Part shown: positions 38,501 to 48,737 of the stretch, piece by piece
Layout: the number at the start of each line of letters is the position of its first letter
Numbering within the stretch: the first letter of the stretch is position 1
Assembly: GCA_963704655.1 (NCBI GenBank)
Contig: OY969927.1
Location: 544,001-608,000 of the forward strand
Reading direction: 5' to 3'
Length of the DNA: 64,000 bases
Source of the DNA: an uncultured Candidatus Babeliaceae bacterium
GTDB lineage: Bacteria; Babelota; Babeliae; Babelales; Babelaceae
Notes under the pieces: model-generated
The model's input: only the letters and a program-made list of their open reading frames with translations
Told to the model about the DNA's origin: nothing
Databases searched by the model: none
Made by a program: the position numbers and the translations under genes

Positions 38501-39121
38501 TTAGGATATTTTTAACTCAGTCATTTTCCAAGAGCCGTCAGCTAATGGCTCGAAATGCCAAATTACATCGTGCGGGATATCTTTAACTTCACACCCTAAT
38601 AACTTACCAATACAGCGCAAATTATTTGAATGAGCAACAATGCAGGGTCGGCCCGGTTCAGATAAAATTTCACGCAAAACGCGCTCTGTACGCTGCTTAA
38701 ATAGATCTTTATTTTCCATTGCCGCATCTATCACATCACGACTTAACTGCTTCCATTCTTTTTCAGTAATACCTTCAAGCGAACCTTTGCCCTGCTCCTG
38801 TAAATCATCAAAGCTATACTCAAACAGATTACGTGAACTATTCAAAATTTTCATAGTTTCAAATGCTCGAGATAGCGTACTGCTACAGAAATGGGTAATT
38901 GGTAATGTTTCGCATAAAGGCCGAAGTTTGCGAACCTGTTCGCGCCCAGTATCATTTAATGGGATATCTGCTTTCCCCTGCTGCTTTGACAACATATTCC
39001 ACTCTGTCATGCCATGACGAACAAAATAAAATGGCTTGCAGGATATTTTTTCAGCATCACAAGCCAAGATAGAATACGAAATAGAATAAAAGATAATACC
39101 TAATAATACATTTATACGCAT
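38501..39121 (-). CDS. Histidine phosphatase (PGM family) with signal peptide
   Basis: FVRHGMTEWN, SS.L.RA.ET, VAHS. Confidence 0.9.
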   Translation of the reverse strand: MRINVLLGIIFYSISYSILACDAEKISCKPFYFVRHGMTEWNMLSKQQGKADIPLNDTGREQVRKLRPLCETLPITHFCSSTLSRAFETMKILNSSRNLFEYSFDDLQEQGKGSLEGITEKEWKQLSRDVIDAAMENKDLFKQRTERVLREILSEPGRPCIVAHSNNLRCIGKLLGCEVKDIPHDVIWHFEPLADGSWKMTELKIS

Positions 39122-39357
39122 AAAAAGTCACCCGAACTCAATAAAAAATCTAGTTTTCCTTCCTAAAAAGTATATCACGCCCAAGAAAATATGGCAAATA
39201 GAATAAAATGAGCCAACTAAAGTGGGTATAAAAACCAAAAGCTCATCAACAACAATGAGATTATTGAATAAAAAGGCTAAACGTTTACACTATATAATTA
39301 AAGTTGGGATGATTTATACACCCCATTTATTTAGTAAACTATCGATATCAATTTTTT

Positions 39358-40356
39358 ATGAAAACAGTATTTCACCATACATTCTTAATGCTATTATTCT
39401 GCTTCTCTGTTTCTACTGAATGCATGCAGGAAAGAAATCTCTTCACCCTACTTAAGCAACGCGAAACCTTCGGACGAACTGATACTAAAAAAATAAAAAA
39501 TAGTATAGCAACGATGCAACACCCCGAGGTAGTTGATACATTACGCAAAATTGATATATGGGAAGATGTTATGCCCGCCATCCCGATAGAATATGTTCCT
39601 GACGAATCAGCTTCATTTGAAGATAATATCCTAATGGATATTATACCCCCAGCACTACATGATAAAACACATGAATTTAAAACAGCGATCGCAGAAAAAT
39701 TAACTAGCCGTTTGCATATCGCGCCTGTTGATAAATTATTTGCAATAGCATTGGTAGAAGCAGGAGCACACCCAGATATATTCTTAAAACATAATTTTTA
39801 CTTAAATGAATACAATTACACAAACGCACTTTTGACGCGGGGAGGTAATCCTAATATTTTTATCGAAGAATTTAATTATGGATATGATGTGCATGAAAAT
39901 CAACCTTTATTATTTAGTGCAGAAAAGCTTACATTAATCAAACTTATGATATTGCATGGCGCCAATATACACGCAAGAAGCTCTATATCACGCGAAACAA
40001 TATTGCATGCCGCAGCGAATAATCAAATTTTATCAGCTGAAATTTTATTATTTTATATAAGAAACAACATTAATGTTAATGCAAAAGATGCTTTTGGTTC
40101 AACGCCACTTGAGGTTTTGATACTTAATAAAGAAAGCTATGTGGGTGGATACAAAAAAAGATTGCCTGACGTGGTAAATATTTTACTTAATAATGGGGCT
40201 CATTATAAAAGAGCATTAAAACTTGTTGAAGAAAAGCTAAAAGAACCATTTCCAATACTTTATACAAACAAATGTAGAATATTATACGATATTTTGACCA
40301 AACATGATGCATATGCAGAAGAAGCATATCGATTAAGAAATATAACTCTAGATTGA
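39358..40356 (+). CDS. Ankyrin-repeat secreted protein
   Basis: Signal peptide; HGANIHAR..ETILHAAA, NVNAKDAFGSTPL, LLNNGA. Confidence 0.85.
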   Translation: MKTVFHHTFLMLLFCFSVSTECMQERNLFTLLKQRETFGRTDTKKIKNSIATMQHPEVVDTLRKIDIWEDVMPAIPIEYVPDESASFEDNILMDIIPPALHDKTHEFKTAIAEKLTSRLHIAPVDKLFAIALVEAGAHPDIFLKHNFYLNEYNYTNALLTRGGNPNIFIEEFNYGYDVHENQPLLFSAEKLTLIKLMILHGANIHARSSISRETILHAAANNQILSAEILLFYIRNNINVNAKDAFGSTPLEVLILNKESYVGGYKKRLPDVVNILLNNGAHYKRALKLVEEKLKEPFPILYTNKCRILYDILTKHDAYAEEAYRLRNITLD

Positions 40357-40451
40357 AACTGAACCATGATTTGCGGGCGACTATAGCCAAAAACTCAAAT
40401 TTTGCATATACTCAATTGTTATAAAAAATAACCTTTAACCAGTGAAAAAAT

Positions 40452-41360
40452 ATGTTATTTCTCGTAATTCTTTTGTATGCACTTTTTGGCTTTACCTTCA
40501 CGCTAGGTAAAATAGTACTCTTTTATGCATCACCTTTTTTTGTTGTAGCAACACGCATGATTATCGGTGGGCTTGCATTAGGCGCCTATTTAACCTGGTA
40601 CCATAAAATTAAATGTTGGCCGGCAAGAAAAGATTTTTGGCTCTATGTACAATTTGTATTTTTTAACATCTGTATCTTTTACGGTGCCCGTTCATGGTCA
40701 CTCCAGTACCTGACAACGTCAAAAGCAGCATTATTAATGAACTTATCACCCTTTTTCACTGCTCTTTTAGCTTTCTTTTTTCTTAAAGAACGCCTTACCA
40801 TATTAAAAGCTCTCGGACTGGTTATCGGATTTTCGGGGATGTTGCCTGTGCTTATTGCACAAAGCTCCCCTGAAGAGAATATCTGGGGAAGTATTGCTTA
40901 TTTTTCAACCCCTGAACTGATTATGATTTTTGCCGTAGCCTGCTTAAGTTATAGTATGATTGTTATGCAAAAGCTCGTTAAACATCGTGGCGTAAGCCCA
41001 ATATTAGTAAATACTATTTGCATGGTCTCTGGCGGTGCAGCTATGGGGATCACTTCAATTGCAAGTGCTGAAAAAATGATATTTGGCGACCCGGTGCTTT
41101 TTTGGAGTGTTATCGGCATGCAAATTATTGTAAGTAATATTTTGTGTTCAAATTTACAAGCGTTCTTACTGCGAAGCTATTCAACAACATTTTTAGCATT
41201 TGCAAGCTTTATCTCGCCATTATGTGCATTAGGCTATGGCGCATTACTCTTAAATGAGGTTATCACGTGGCACTTTTTTGCATCATTTTTTATTGTCATT
41301 GTTGGACTTTCGATTTTTTATCTTGATGATATTAGACAAGGGAAATTAACTGCCGTATGA
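40452..41360 (+). CDS. DMT/EamA-family transporter
   Basis: About 10 TM helices; SPFFTALLAFFFLKERLT EamA signature. Confidence 0.9.
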   Translation: MLFLVILLYALFGFTFTLGKIVLFYASPFFVVATRMIIGGLALGAYLTWYHKIKCWPARKDFWLYVQFVFFNICIFYGARSWSLQYLTTSKAALLMNLSPFFTALLAFFFLKERLTILKALGLVIGFSGMLPVLIAQSSPEENIWGSIAYFSTPELIMIFAVACLSYSMIVMQKLVKHRGVSPILVNTICMVSGGAAMGITSIASAEKMIFGDPVLFWSVIGMQIIVSNILCSNLQAFLLRSYSTTFLAFASFISPLCALGYGALLLNEVITWHFFASFFIVIVGLSIFYLDDIRQGKLTAV

Positions 41361-42622
41361 ACTTTACAGGATTACATATCGGCGTCTGGGGAACTGGTGT
41401 TGTTGGCACCAGCGCGTTACATTTTTTTAAGAAAAATGACGCTATAGTATCTGTTTATGATACTAAGCCACTTTCAGAAGATACCAAAAAGTTCTGTCTA
41501 GAAAATAACATTTCACTTTATGAGCCTGAGAAATTAGAAGATTTTTTAAAAAAATGTAACTATATTTTACCCAGTGCAGGGATTAATCTTAAGCCCTATC
41601 AGGAATATAGCAGTAAATTTTTAAGCGAAGTTGATATTTTTTTTGAACGTTACAGAAAACCGATTATTGCTATTACCGGCACGATTGGCAAAACAACTGT
41701 TACCCATGCGCTACAAAAAATGCTTGAATTTTATGGTTATCGTATTCAGGTTGGCGGTAATATTGGAGTAGGATTATTTGATCTTTTAGATAATCAAGAA
41801 TCATATGATTACGCAGTGCTTGAGCTTTCTAGCTTTCAGCTTGAAAACACCAAAAACTTTTCACCGGATATTGCGATTTGGACAAACTTGTTTGCAAACC
41901 ATCTTGATCGCCATGGCACAATGGAAGAATACTTCTTAGCAAAATTTCCTATTTTAAAAAAACAGACAAATACTCAGCATGCGCTTATACACGATTCTGT
42001 TAAAAAATATCTGCAAGAATACTCAGTTAAAAATTCTGTAAAATATTTTGATTCGCAACTTTCAAAAAATATACAAGAATTAATTATTGAACAAAAAACA
42101 CACACAGATCATTATATTATTTTATATGAACTGGCACAGATACTTAATCTTGATATAACAAAATTACGTGACTTTTTTAATTCACTCGAAACACCAGCAC
42201 ATCGCGTACAATATCTTGGTAATTTTCATGGCGTAGATTTTTATGACGATTCTAAATCAACAGTGGTTGAAGCAACGCAAGGCGCCTTAACAAGATTTAC
42301 CGATAAACCTGTGATTCTCTTTTTCGGGGGTGTCAGCAAAGGCGTATCGCGTGAACATTTTTTTCATAATCTACCCGTTAACATTAAGCATATATGCTTG
42401 TTTGGTAAAGAAGCAGCAGAGTTGCAAAAATTATGCACGAAAACTTCTACACCAAGCTCCGAACATGCAACACTTGAAGGAGCATTCGCTCACTGCATTT
42501 CGCTTATAAAACCTGGAGATGTTGTGCTCTTTTCACCCGCCGGCGCAAGCTTTGATCTTTTTACCGACTACAAACATCGCGGAAAAAGATTTCAAGAACT
42601 TGTTAGAAATTGTATACGATAA
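41357..42622 (+). CDS. murD: UDP-N-acetylmuramoyl-L-alanine--D-glutamate ligase
   Basis: AITGTIGKTT, GGNIG, ELSSFQL, HLDRH, DDSKST, SPAGASFD.F..Y.HRG. Confidence 0.95.
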   Translation: MNFTGLHIGVWGTGVVGTSALHFFKKNDAIVSVYDTKPLSEDTKKFCLENNISLYEPEKLEDFLKKCNYILPSAGINLKPYQEYSSKFLSEVDIFFERYRKPIIAITGTIGKTTVTHALQKMLEFYGYRIQVGGNIGVGLFDLLDNQESYDYAVLELSSFQLENTKNFSPDIAIWTNLFANHLDRHGTMEEYFLAKFPILKKQTNTQHALIHDSVKKYLQEYSVKNSVKYFDSQLSKNIQELIIEQKTHTDHYIILYELAQILNLDITKLRDFFNSLETPAHRVQYLGNFHGVDFYDDSKSTVVEATQGALTRFTDKPVILFFGGVSKGVSREHFFHNLPVNIKHICLFGKEAAELQKLCTKTSTPSSEHATLEGAFAHCISLIKPGDVVLFSPAGASFDLFTDYKHRGKRFQELVRNCIR

Positions 42623-42652
42623 TTAAGCTCATTTATTATAAGAAAGACATGT

Positions 42653-42892
42653 ATGAACAACACAAAATATATAATAATCGTGCTCTGTTTAATGACAACA
42701 GGGGTTATTTTTCCCATAAGCAAAAAAATGGAAACCTTCAGAAGTAAACTTCCTAGACTTATTATTTATGAATATAAAGATAATTTATATGGGAAATTGC
42801 TTATGGTCGTTAATAAGCAAAAAACTAATAAGCGAATTTATCCAGAAGTAAGTTTTAACTCTTTTGAAGCATTATTAAACAGCTTGGAATAA
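42653..42892 (+). CDS. Small hypothetical protein with N-terminal hydrophobic segment
   Basis: 79-aa ORF filling the murD-ftsW gap. Confidence 0.5.
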   Translation: MNNTKYIIIVLCLMTTGVIFPISKKMETFRSKLPRLIIYEYKDNLYGKLLMVVNKQKTNKRIYPEVSFNSFEALLNSLE

Positions 42893-42935
42893 AATCGATT
42901 GACTTCATACTATCTAGATTTTTATGATCTAAAGT

Positions 42936-44042
42936 ATGAAAAGCCATACACGTGTATTATTTATTTTTCTCTTGTGCGTAGCGCTGCTGACCTGCATCGG
43001 CTTTATCTTTATTTATTCCTCAAGTTCTGCATATGCATTAGAACGCTATCAAGACGGTCTTTTCTATGCGAAAAAACAGTTTCTTGGACTTATTTTAGGT
43101 ATAATCGGTGGCCTAATATTATCGATTATCCCCTTAAACTTTCTGAAAAATGCGGCGCCCTATCTGTTTCTGTGTGCACTGTGCGCAACAGCTGCAACAT
43201 TGTTGCCCTATGTCGGCGTATCGATCCATGGCTCACACCGGTGGCTTTCTCTTGCAGGGTTTTCTTTTCAGCCGAGTGAATTTTTAAAAATATTTTTTAT
43301 CTTGTATTGTGCGTACTTTTTAGAAAAGAAACAGTTTTCATTACATGCCATTAAACATTACATGCAACTACTTATTGTCATAAGTATCACAGCGGGGATA
43401 CTGTTATTGCAGCCAGATTTTGGACAGATGGTGACGTTGAGCTTAACAGCAGTTTTATTATTTTTCTTAGCCCAAGTACCGATCATATATTTAGCTATTA
43501 CCGGCATTCCTGTTTTACCAATTCTGGGACTACTTGTTTATCTTAAACCCTATCGTTTCCATAGAATTTTAATTTATCAAAACCCATGGAAAGATCCACA
43601 GGGTGCAGGTTTTCAAATTATACAATCTCTGATTGCTATCGGCTCTGGCGGCTGGACCGGCGTTGGAATTGCACAATCAAAACAGAAATTCTTTTATTTA
43701 CCGATGCACCATACAGATTTTATTTTTTCAATTATTGCCGAAGAGACAGGATTTTTAGGTGTTACATTTTTGATTAGTATTTATTGTATCTTTTTATTTA
43801 CCGGCTTTAAACTTGCATCGTATATGAAGGAACAGTTTTCATTTTTATGCATAGCAGGTATCGTTACCCTGATTACATTACAAACTATTATTAATATCGG
43901 CGTTGCATGCGCATTGCTGCCTACCAAAGGAATCGGGCTGCCCTTTATTAGCTATGGTGCATCATCACTACTTGCACATTTATGCATGATCGGCGTTATT
44001 TGCAATTGCGTAAAAAGCAACCGTTCCCTTCGTATTCATTAA
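42936..44042 (+). CDS. ftsW: FtsW (SEDS peptidoglycan polymerase)
   Basis: RWL..FQPSEF.K, QPDFG, GFQ.IQS.IAIGSGG, HTDFIF, LPFISYG; follows murD. Confidence 0.93.
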   Translation: MKSHTRVLFIFLLCVALLTCIGFIFIYSSSSAYALERYQDGLFYAKKQFLGLILGIIGGLILSIIPLNFLKNAAPYLFLCALCATAATLLPYVGVSIHGSHRWLSLAGFSFQPSEFLKIFFILYCAYFLEKKQFSLHAIKHYMQLLIVISITAGILLLQPDFGQMVTLSLTAVLLFFLAQVPIIYLAITGIPVLPILGLLVYLKPYRFHRILIYQNPWKDPQGAGFQIIQSLIAIGSGGWTGVGIAQSKQKFFYLPMHHTDFIFSIIAEETGFLGVTFLISIYCIFLFTGFKLASYMKEQFSFLCIAGIVTLITLQTIINIGVACALLPTKGIGLPFISYGASSLLAHLCMIGVICNCVKSNRSLRIH

Positions 44043-45175
44043 TCAACTTCACTAAATGGTTCATATTGCGCAGAAGGCTCAACTGCTTTAGCGGAAATTA
44101 ATGGTTTTCTATGCTCAACGGGAGAATATCTTCTTAGTGGGCGCGTTAATCTTAATGTTTCAGTAGGCTTAGGGTTTTCTGCCTGCCGGCTTGCACGCTC
44201 AAAAAAGAAAAGATACGACTGAAACCTCTGCCGAAATGCGCCTTGGGGCTCGCCTTGAAGAATGTTGCCTAAGCGCCCTTCATTAATTGGCTCAATATGC
44301 GAATCATTACACAAGTACCACTGATTACCATAACGGCTTACTGCAATATAATGGCCCCCCTTTAAAGAAGATCCAGAATGCAAAACAGCCCCAATTAATG
44401 AATACCAATACTTAGTAGACGAGTCATCTTTTTTAGACAGATAAAATTGATGGGTTAATGACCATATGGGAATCATATGCTTTTCAAGCATCTCATTAAC
44501 TCGAGGTGCTGTTACCACTAAAATCTCTGAAGCCTGGTTAAAATTATTCTCTTCGCTCATAATGAACGAGCCCATTTTTCCAGCAGGGTTTGTGCCTTCA
44601 ACCGTAGCTTTTTTTGATACAGAGAAAAAACTTTTTATTAACGTTTCTATTGCCGTTCCTTGTTCACGTTTTTCTACAGGCACATAATCAAAAGGTATAT
44701 TTAAATGAAATAATCCATACTCTCTATTATCTACTTCAACCCTATCAAAAACTTTTTTATAGGTATACCCTATTTTAAATAAATTTGTTAATGCTGGCTT
44801 TGGATAAAGATGGTCAATAAATTTTATAAAAAATTCTTCTGCATCCTGTTGTCGGCCAACTTCATTAAATATATTTGTATTTACAAGATTCACTAATTCT
44901 GCTGGAGCAATAGAACTTTCAGAAGTAGAACTATACTGCTTAATCAAACTCTGCAATGCTTGCGTAAAATTTTTATCAATCGAATTATCCCCTTCACCTG
45001 GCTCATAAGAAAGAACTGTATCGCGAAAAGATTTAGTCGCAAACAAACATTGCAACGTAGAGTTCAAATAACAGGTATTTCCAAGATTATTAAAACCCTT
45101 AGGCATATTGAGCAGTTCAGATGAATAACTTACCTGAACTGTGCATAATAACATAAAAAATATAATTTTTTTCAT
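44039..45175 (-). CDS. Ubiquitin-specific protease (USP/UBP, peptidase C19) with signal peptide
   Basis: Cys box GFNNLGNTCYLNSTLQCL, QQDAEEF, His box YSLIGAVLHSG....GGHYIA, WYLCNDS. Confidence 0.92.
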   Translation of the reverse strand: MKKIIFFMLLCTVQVSYSSELLNMPKGFNNLGNTCYLNSTLQCLFATKSFRDTVLSYEPGEGDNSIDKNFTQALQSLIKQYSSTSESSIAPAELVNLVNTNIFNEVGRQQDAEEFFIKFIDHLYPKPALTNLFKIGYTYKKVFDRVEVDNREYGLFHLNIPFDYVPVEKREQGTAIETLIKSFFSVSKKATVEGTNPAGKMGSFIMSEENNFNQASEILVVTAPRVNEMLEKHMIPIWSLTHQFYLSKKDDSSTKYWYSLIGAVLHSGSSLKGGHYIAVSRYGNQWYLCNDSHIEPINEGRLGNILQGEPQGAFRQRFQSYLFFFERASRQAENPKPTETLRLTRPLRRYSPVEHRKPLISAKAVEPSAQYEPFSEVD

Positions 45176-45261
45176 AGCGCCCCCGAATAAAATTTTATTT
45201 ACTATTTATAATTATAACCTGAATAATATTTTTTTAGCTAGAAATAATAAAAAGTGCTCAA

Positions 45262-45293
45262 ATATAAAGGCCCCAAATTTGGGGCCTTTATAT
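45262..45293. terminator. Perfect 32-bp palindrome, probable terminator
   Basis: atataaaggccccaaa/tttggggcctttatat downstream of 45348-45761. Confidence 0.8.
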
Positions 45294-45347
45294 CTTAAAG
45301 AATCTTATAAATTAAGCTTCTACTGAAGAATCGGTATCTTGCGGAGC

Positions 45348-45761
45348 CTACGGCATAGGACAAACTTCTTGTGGTGCAGCAGCAGCTTCTATTTTTTCTG
45401 CTACTTCAGCAGCATTAACTTGTGCATTTAAAGCTGCCTGAATTTCAAGTTTTCTTGCAAGAGATGCTGATATAATTTTTTCAAAAAAAGATATAAAACT
45501 TCCGCAGACCTTACTGTTTGCTGCCAGATCTTCACATCTTTTCAATGTCCCCTTACGAAGATCTAAGAAAGCTTGTACTTTTTCATCGAGCTCTAAAGGA
45601 TTAGTAATTTGGGCTATCTCTTTTGCTTGCACTTCAGCTTGAGCTCTTATCATTATTTCAACAGCTTCTTCAGGCGTAGCTATATAGATTGTTAATCTTT
45701 CCTGCTCAGAGTAAGCAATGTTCTTAGAAAGTAACAATAAACCTAATAATAATTTTTTCAT
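45348..45761 (-). CDS. Secreted hypothetical protein (paralog of 45828-46364)
   Basis: MKKLLLGLL leader; EK..A.L.L..C..VC..FI.F...I..S..RK.E..AAL. Confidence 0.75.
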   Translation of the reverse strand: MKKLLLGLLLLSKNIAYSEQERLTIYIATPEEAVEIMIRAQAEVQAKEIAQITNPLELDEKVQAFLDLRKGTLKRCEDLAANSKVCGSFISFFEKIISASLARKLEIQAALNAQVNAAEVAEKIEAAAAPQEVCPMP

Positions 45762-45827
45762 AAAAACTTTCTACAATTAAAATGCGTTGTATATAAAAAG
45801 GGGGCACATCTTAGGGCCCTAAAAAAT

Positions 45828-46364
45828 CTATATTAATGTTTCTACTTGAGCAGCTTTTTCAGCAGCAGTCTTTGCAGCTTCAATGGCATCAGCAATAACA
45901 GTTGTATCTACTACAGCTTCTGCTTTTGCTTCTAAATCAACAAAATCAGTTTCTGAAGTGGTCTCAACCGCAGCTACTACTGATTCAGTAACTACAGGCT
46001 CATGTGTTTGAGCTAATGCTGCGCCAAGTTCATTTTTACGTTCTTCTGAAACGGTAATCAATCCTTGTACAAATGCAATAAATTCATCACAAACTGCAGG
46101 AACCCCACTTTGTGTACGACAATTGGCTGAAGCATCCTGCTCTATTAATTTCAACAGAGCAAGTCTTTTTTCATTCACATGTGCGTCACTACTTTTAATC
46201 GCAGATACATATTGTCCATGCAGCGCTTCTAGAGCGTTTTGCACTCCATTTTTCATCGATAAACCCATCAAAACACCAGCGGGGTTAAAAAGTCCAGGAT
46301 TAATCTCAATGTTGCAAAAAACTGAATTTGTAACAAACAATAAACCTAACAATATTTTTTTCAT
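45828..46364 (-). CDS. Secreted hypothetical protein (paralog of 45348-45761)
   Basis: MKKILLGLL leader, same core motif, Ala/Glu/Thr-rich tail. Confidence 0.75.
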   Translation of the reverse strand: MKKILLGLLFVTNSVFCNIEINPGLFNPAGVLMGLSMKNGVQNALEALHGQYVSAIKSSDAHVNEKRLALLKLIEQDASANCRTQSGVPAVCDEFIAFVQGLITVSEERKNELGAALAQTHEPVVTESVVAAVETTSETDFVDLEAKAEAVVDTTVIADAIEAAKTAAEKAAQVETLI

Positions 46365-46402
46365 AAGAAGCCTTTCTTAAAAGTTAATATATATTTGCAA
46401 AG

Positions 46403-47929
46403 TTATTCAAAATGCATAAGAAAATCGATAAACAGACGTACACCAAAACCGGTTGCCCCAGGACGATAATAACTCATATCAGGAACATTAAACGAAGTAC
46501 CTGCAATATCCAAATGTACCCATGGCGTTTCACCCACAAAATTTTGTAAGAAAAATCCTGCAGTAATTGCACCAGCTTTATATGTTTCATTACCAATGTT
46601 ACACATATCAGCTATATGCGAACGAACAGCACGTTTATAATCTTCATGAAAAGGAAGACGCCATAGGCGGTCGCCTGAACGCTGAGATGCTATTGTAAGT
46701 TTATCTACTATCTCATCATGATTACTCATCATACCCGCAAAGAAAGGTCCTAAAGCCGCGGCACATGAACCAGTAAGCGTTGCGACGTTAATAATCATGT
46801 CTGGCTTATAATGTTTAACGGCATAAGAAAGCGCATCTGCAAGAATTAAACGGCCTTCTGCATCAGTATTTTTAACTTCAGCGGTCATGCCATTATAAAA
46901 CGTTACGATATCACCCGGTTTAACAGCGGTCCCTGAAGGCATATTTTCTGCAATTGGGGTAATGCCGATAACATTAACACGTGGTTTTAAATGTGAAATT
47001 GCTTCCATAGTTGATATAACTGCAGCTGCACCGGCCATGTCATCTTTCATTTCATCCATGCGTGATGCTGGCTTAATACTAATGCCACCTGAGTCAAAAG
47101 TGATGCCCTTACCAGTAAGAACTATAGTTGGAGCATCTTTATGTTCTGTATGGTACTCGATTGCAACAAAACGGCATTCCTGCACAGAGCCTGCTGCAAC
47201 TGCAGCAAGACCGCCCATGCCCATTTTCTTTACTGTCGGCTCATCATAAACGGTTATTTTTAAATTATGAACCTGCGCAATGCGAACTGCATGCTCAGCA
47301 AGAATTTTAGGAGTCAAAACATCTGCTGGCAAATCACACCATTGACGGGCCTGATTTACTGCATGACCGATTCGTTGACCAAATTCTAAGCCAACTGACA
47401 TTTGATCATGTAAAATCTCAGAAGCACAAAGTATTATTTCTATATCGCGCGTTGATTTATTTGCTGGATCAGTAATAAACTGGTCAAAATGATACGCTGC
47501 CATCATGAAAACAGAGACCAACTCTTTAGTTAATTCAAATTCATTGATTCCAAACCAGTGATGATCTGGCATTAAAACTGCTACTCGTGCAGCTTTTACG
47601 CTTTCAGCAGCTCGAATAACTAAACCCGTAGCACGACGTGCGTATTCTAAACGATCAGTAGCAGATTTTTTTTCTGAACCTAATCCAACCAACAGTAGTG
47701 ATACCGGTTTATTGCTACGAATGGCGGCCAAAAGCAGCTGGCTACCTGCAGCCCCAGTAAAATTACGGTTTTTAATGACTTCATGCAAAGGCGCATACAG
47801 CGTTGAAAAATCTTTAAGTAAATTTTCAAGAAGGGTACTCTCTGAAAGAGCATTTTGGGGACAAAAGCCAACATACAAGTCAGCATCATGCCCTACTATA
47901 TGTTGATTTGCCAGTTTAAAGTTAAGCAT
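46403..47929 (-). CDS. pepA: Leucyl aminopeptidase (M17)
   Basis: GKGITFDSGG, MK.DMAGAA, NTDAEGRL, WVHLDIAG. Confidence 0.96.
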   Translation of the reverse strand: MLNFKLANQHIVGHDADLYVGFCPQNALSESTLLENLLKDFSTLYAPLHEVIKNRNFTGAAGSQLLLAAIRSNKPVSLLLVGLGSEKKSATDRLEYARRATGLVIRAAESVKAARVAVLMPDHHWFGINEFELTKELVSVFMMAAYHFDQFITDPANKSTRDIEIILCASEILHDQMSVGLEFGQRIGHAVNQARQWCDLPADVLTPKILAEHAVRIAQVHNLKITVYDEPTVKKMGMGGLAAVAAGSVQECRFVAIEYHTEHKDAPTIVLTGKGITFDSGGISIKPASRMDEMKDDMAGAAAVISTMEAISHLKPRVNVIGITPIAENMPSGTAVKPGDIVTFYNGMTAEVKNTDAEGRLILADALSYAVKHYKPDMIINVATLTGSCAAALGPFFAGMMSNHDEIVDKLTIASQRSGDRLWRLPFHEDYKRAVRSHIADMCNIGNETYKAGAITAGFFLQNFVGETPWVHLDIAGTSFNVPDMSYYRPGATGFGVRLFIDFLMHFE

Positions 47930-48017
47930 ACAAGTTCTTTCTTTAGTTAGAATTATTGCATCAACTAGTATACCAAAACTTAACCAAAAAGAACGTGCTT
48001 AAAATTAATTCCCAACA

Positions 48018-48076
48018 CTTCGACTTCGCTCAGTGTGAGCGGCCGCTCGTGGTGAGCGAAGTCGAACCATGCGGCC
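48018..48076. repeat. Inverted pair of family A repeats
   Basis: cttcgacttcgctcagtgtgagcgg joined directly to ccgctcgtggtgagcgaagtcgaaccatgcggcc. Confidence 0.9.
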
Positions 48077-48086
48077 TGACAAATAA

Positions 48087-48737
48087 TTAATTAGGTAATC
48101 TTCTAAAACCCATACCGAAACTATAACCGCTGACGGCCATGCCATACCCAAGAGGCGGCTCACCACCCATAACACCATAATACCCTGCGGCATACCACGA
48201 TGGCCTACTAAGCGGGTCTTGATGTGGAGCATTGCACGGGCAATAACGTTCTTTTTTTTGACAACATTGACCATTTTTACAACTACTAAGTGTCTCGCCG
48301 CCTGAATTTTTAATATAAGAAATAAGTTGCTGTTCTGATGGCGATCCTGTTAAATAATCGTAACTTACCACCATGCCATCGATAAAGACAATAAACGTAT
48401 CTGGGCTTTTCAGTGACAAAAAATCTTTAATATTTTTAATGCGATAACGTGATGAATCGATGGTCATAAAATGCACATCTGCTGCGCGAAACTCAGGATA
48501 ACAACTGACATTAAAGAATCTTTTTTTATTACTATGGTAAACAGGCCTGCGCTCAGGGCACTGCTCTGCTTGAGCATGCCGACAGCCGTCATAAATATAT
48601 GCTACGGTAATTTTATGATCAGCGGCTCTATCAAAAAAACGGCCTTGCGTCCGTATCTGTTCTGCATGTAACGCACCATAGACAATCAATAACGCGCATA
48701 CTAATACTATCAAAAAAATATGTAATCTGTATTTCAC
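48087..48737 (-). CDS. Exported hypothetical protein, possibly a degenerate thioredoxin-like fold, with Cys-rich and G/Y/P-rich tail
   Basis: Signal peptide; V.F.TID..PDTFIVFIDG..LTG..EQQL..YI resembles the thioredoxin C-half but has no CxxC. Confidence 0.55.
   Translation of the reverse strand: MKYRLHIFLIVLVCALLIVYGALHAEQIRTQGRFFDRAADHKITVAYIYDGCRHAQAEQCPERRPVYHSNKKRFFNVSCYPEFRAADVHFMTIDSSRYRIKNIKDFLSLKSPDTFIVFIDGMVVSYDYLTGSPSEQQLISYIKNSGGETLSSCKNGQCCQKKERYCPCNAPHQDPLSRPSWYAAGYYGVMGGEPPLGYGMAVSGYSFGMGFRRLPN

Noticed and set aside
48005-48274. 89-aa ORF
   Set aside because: Alternative frame of the 48087-48737 gene running into the repeat pair.
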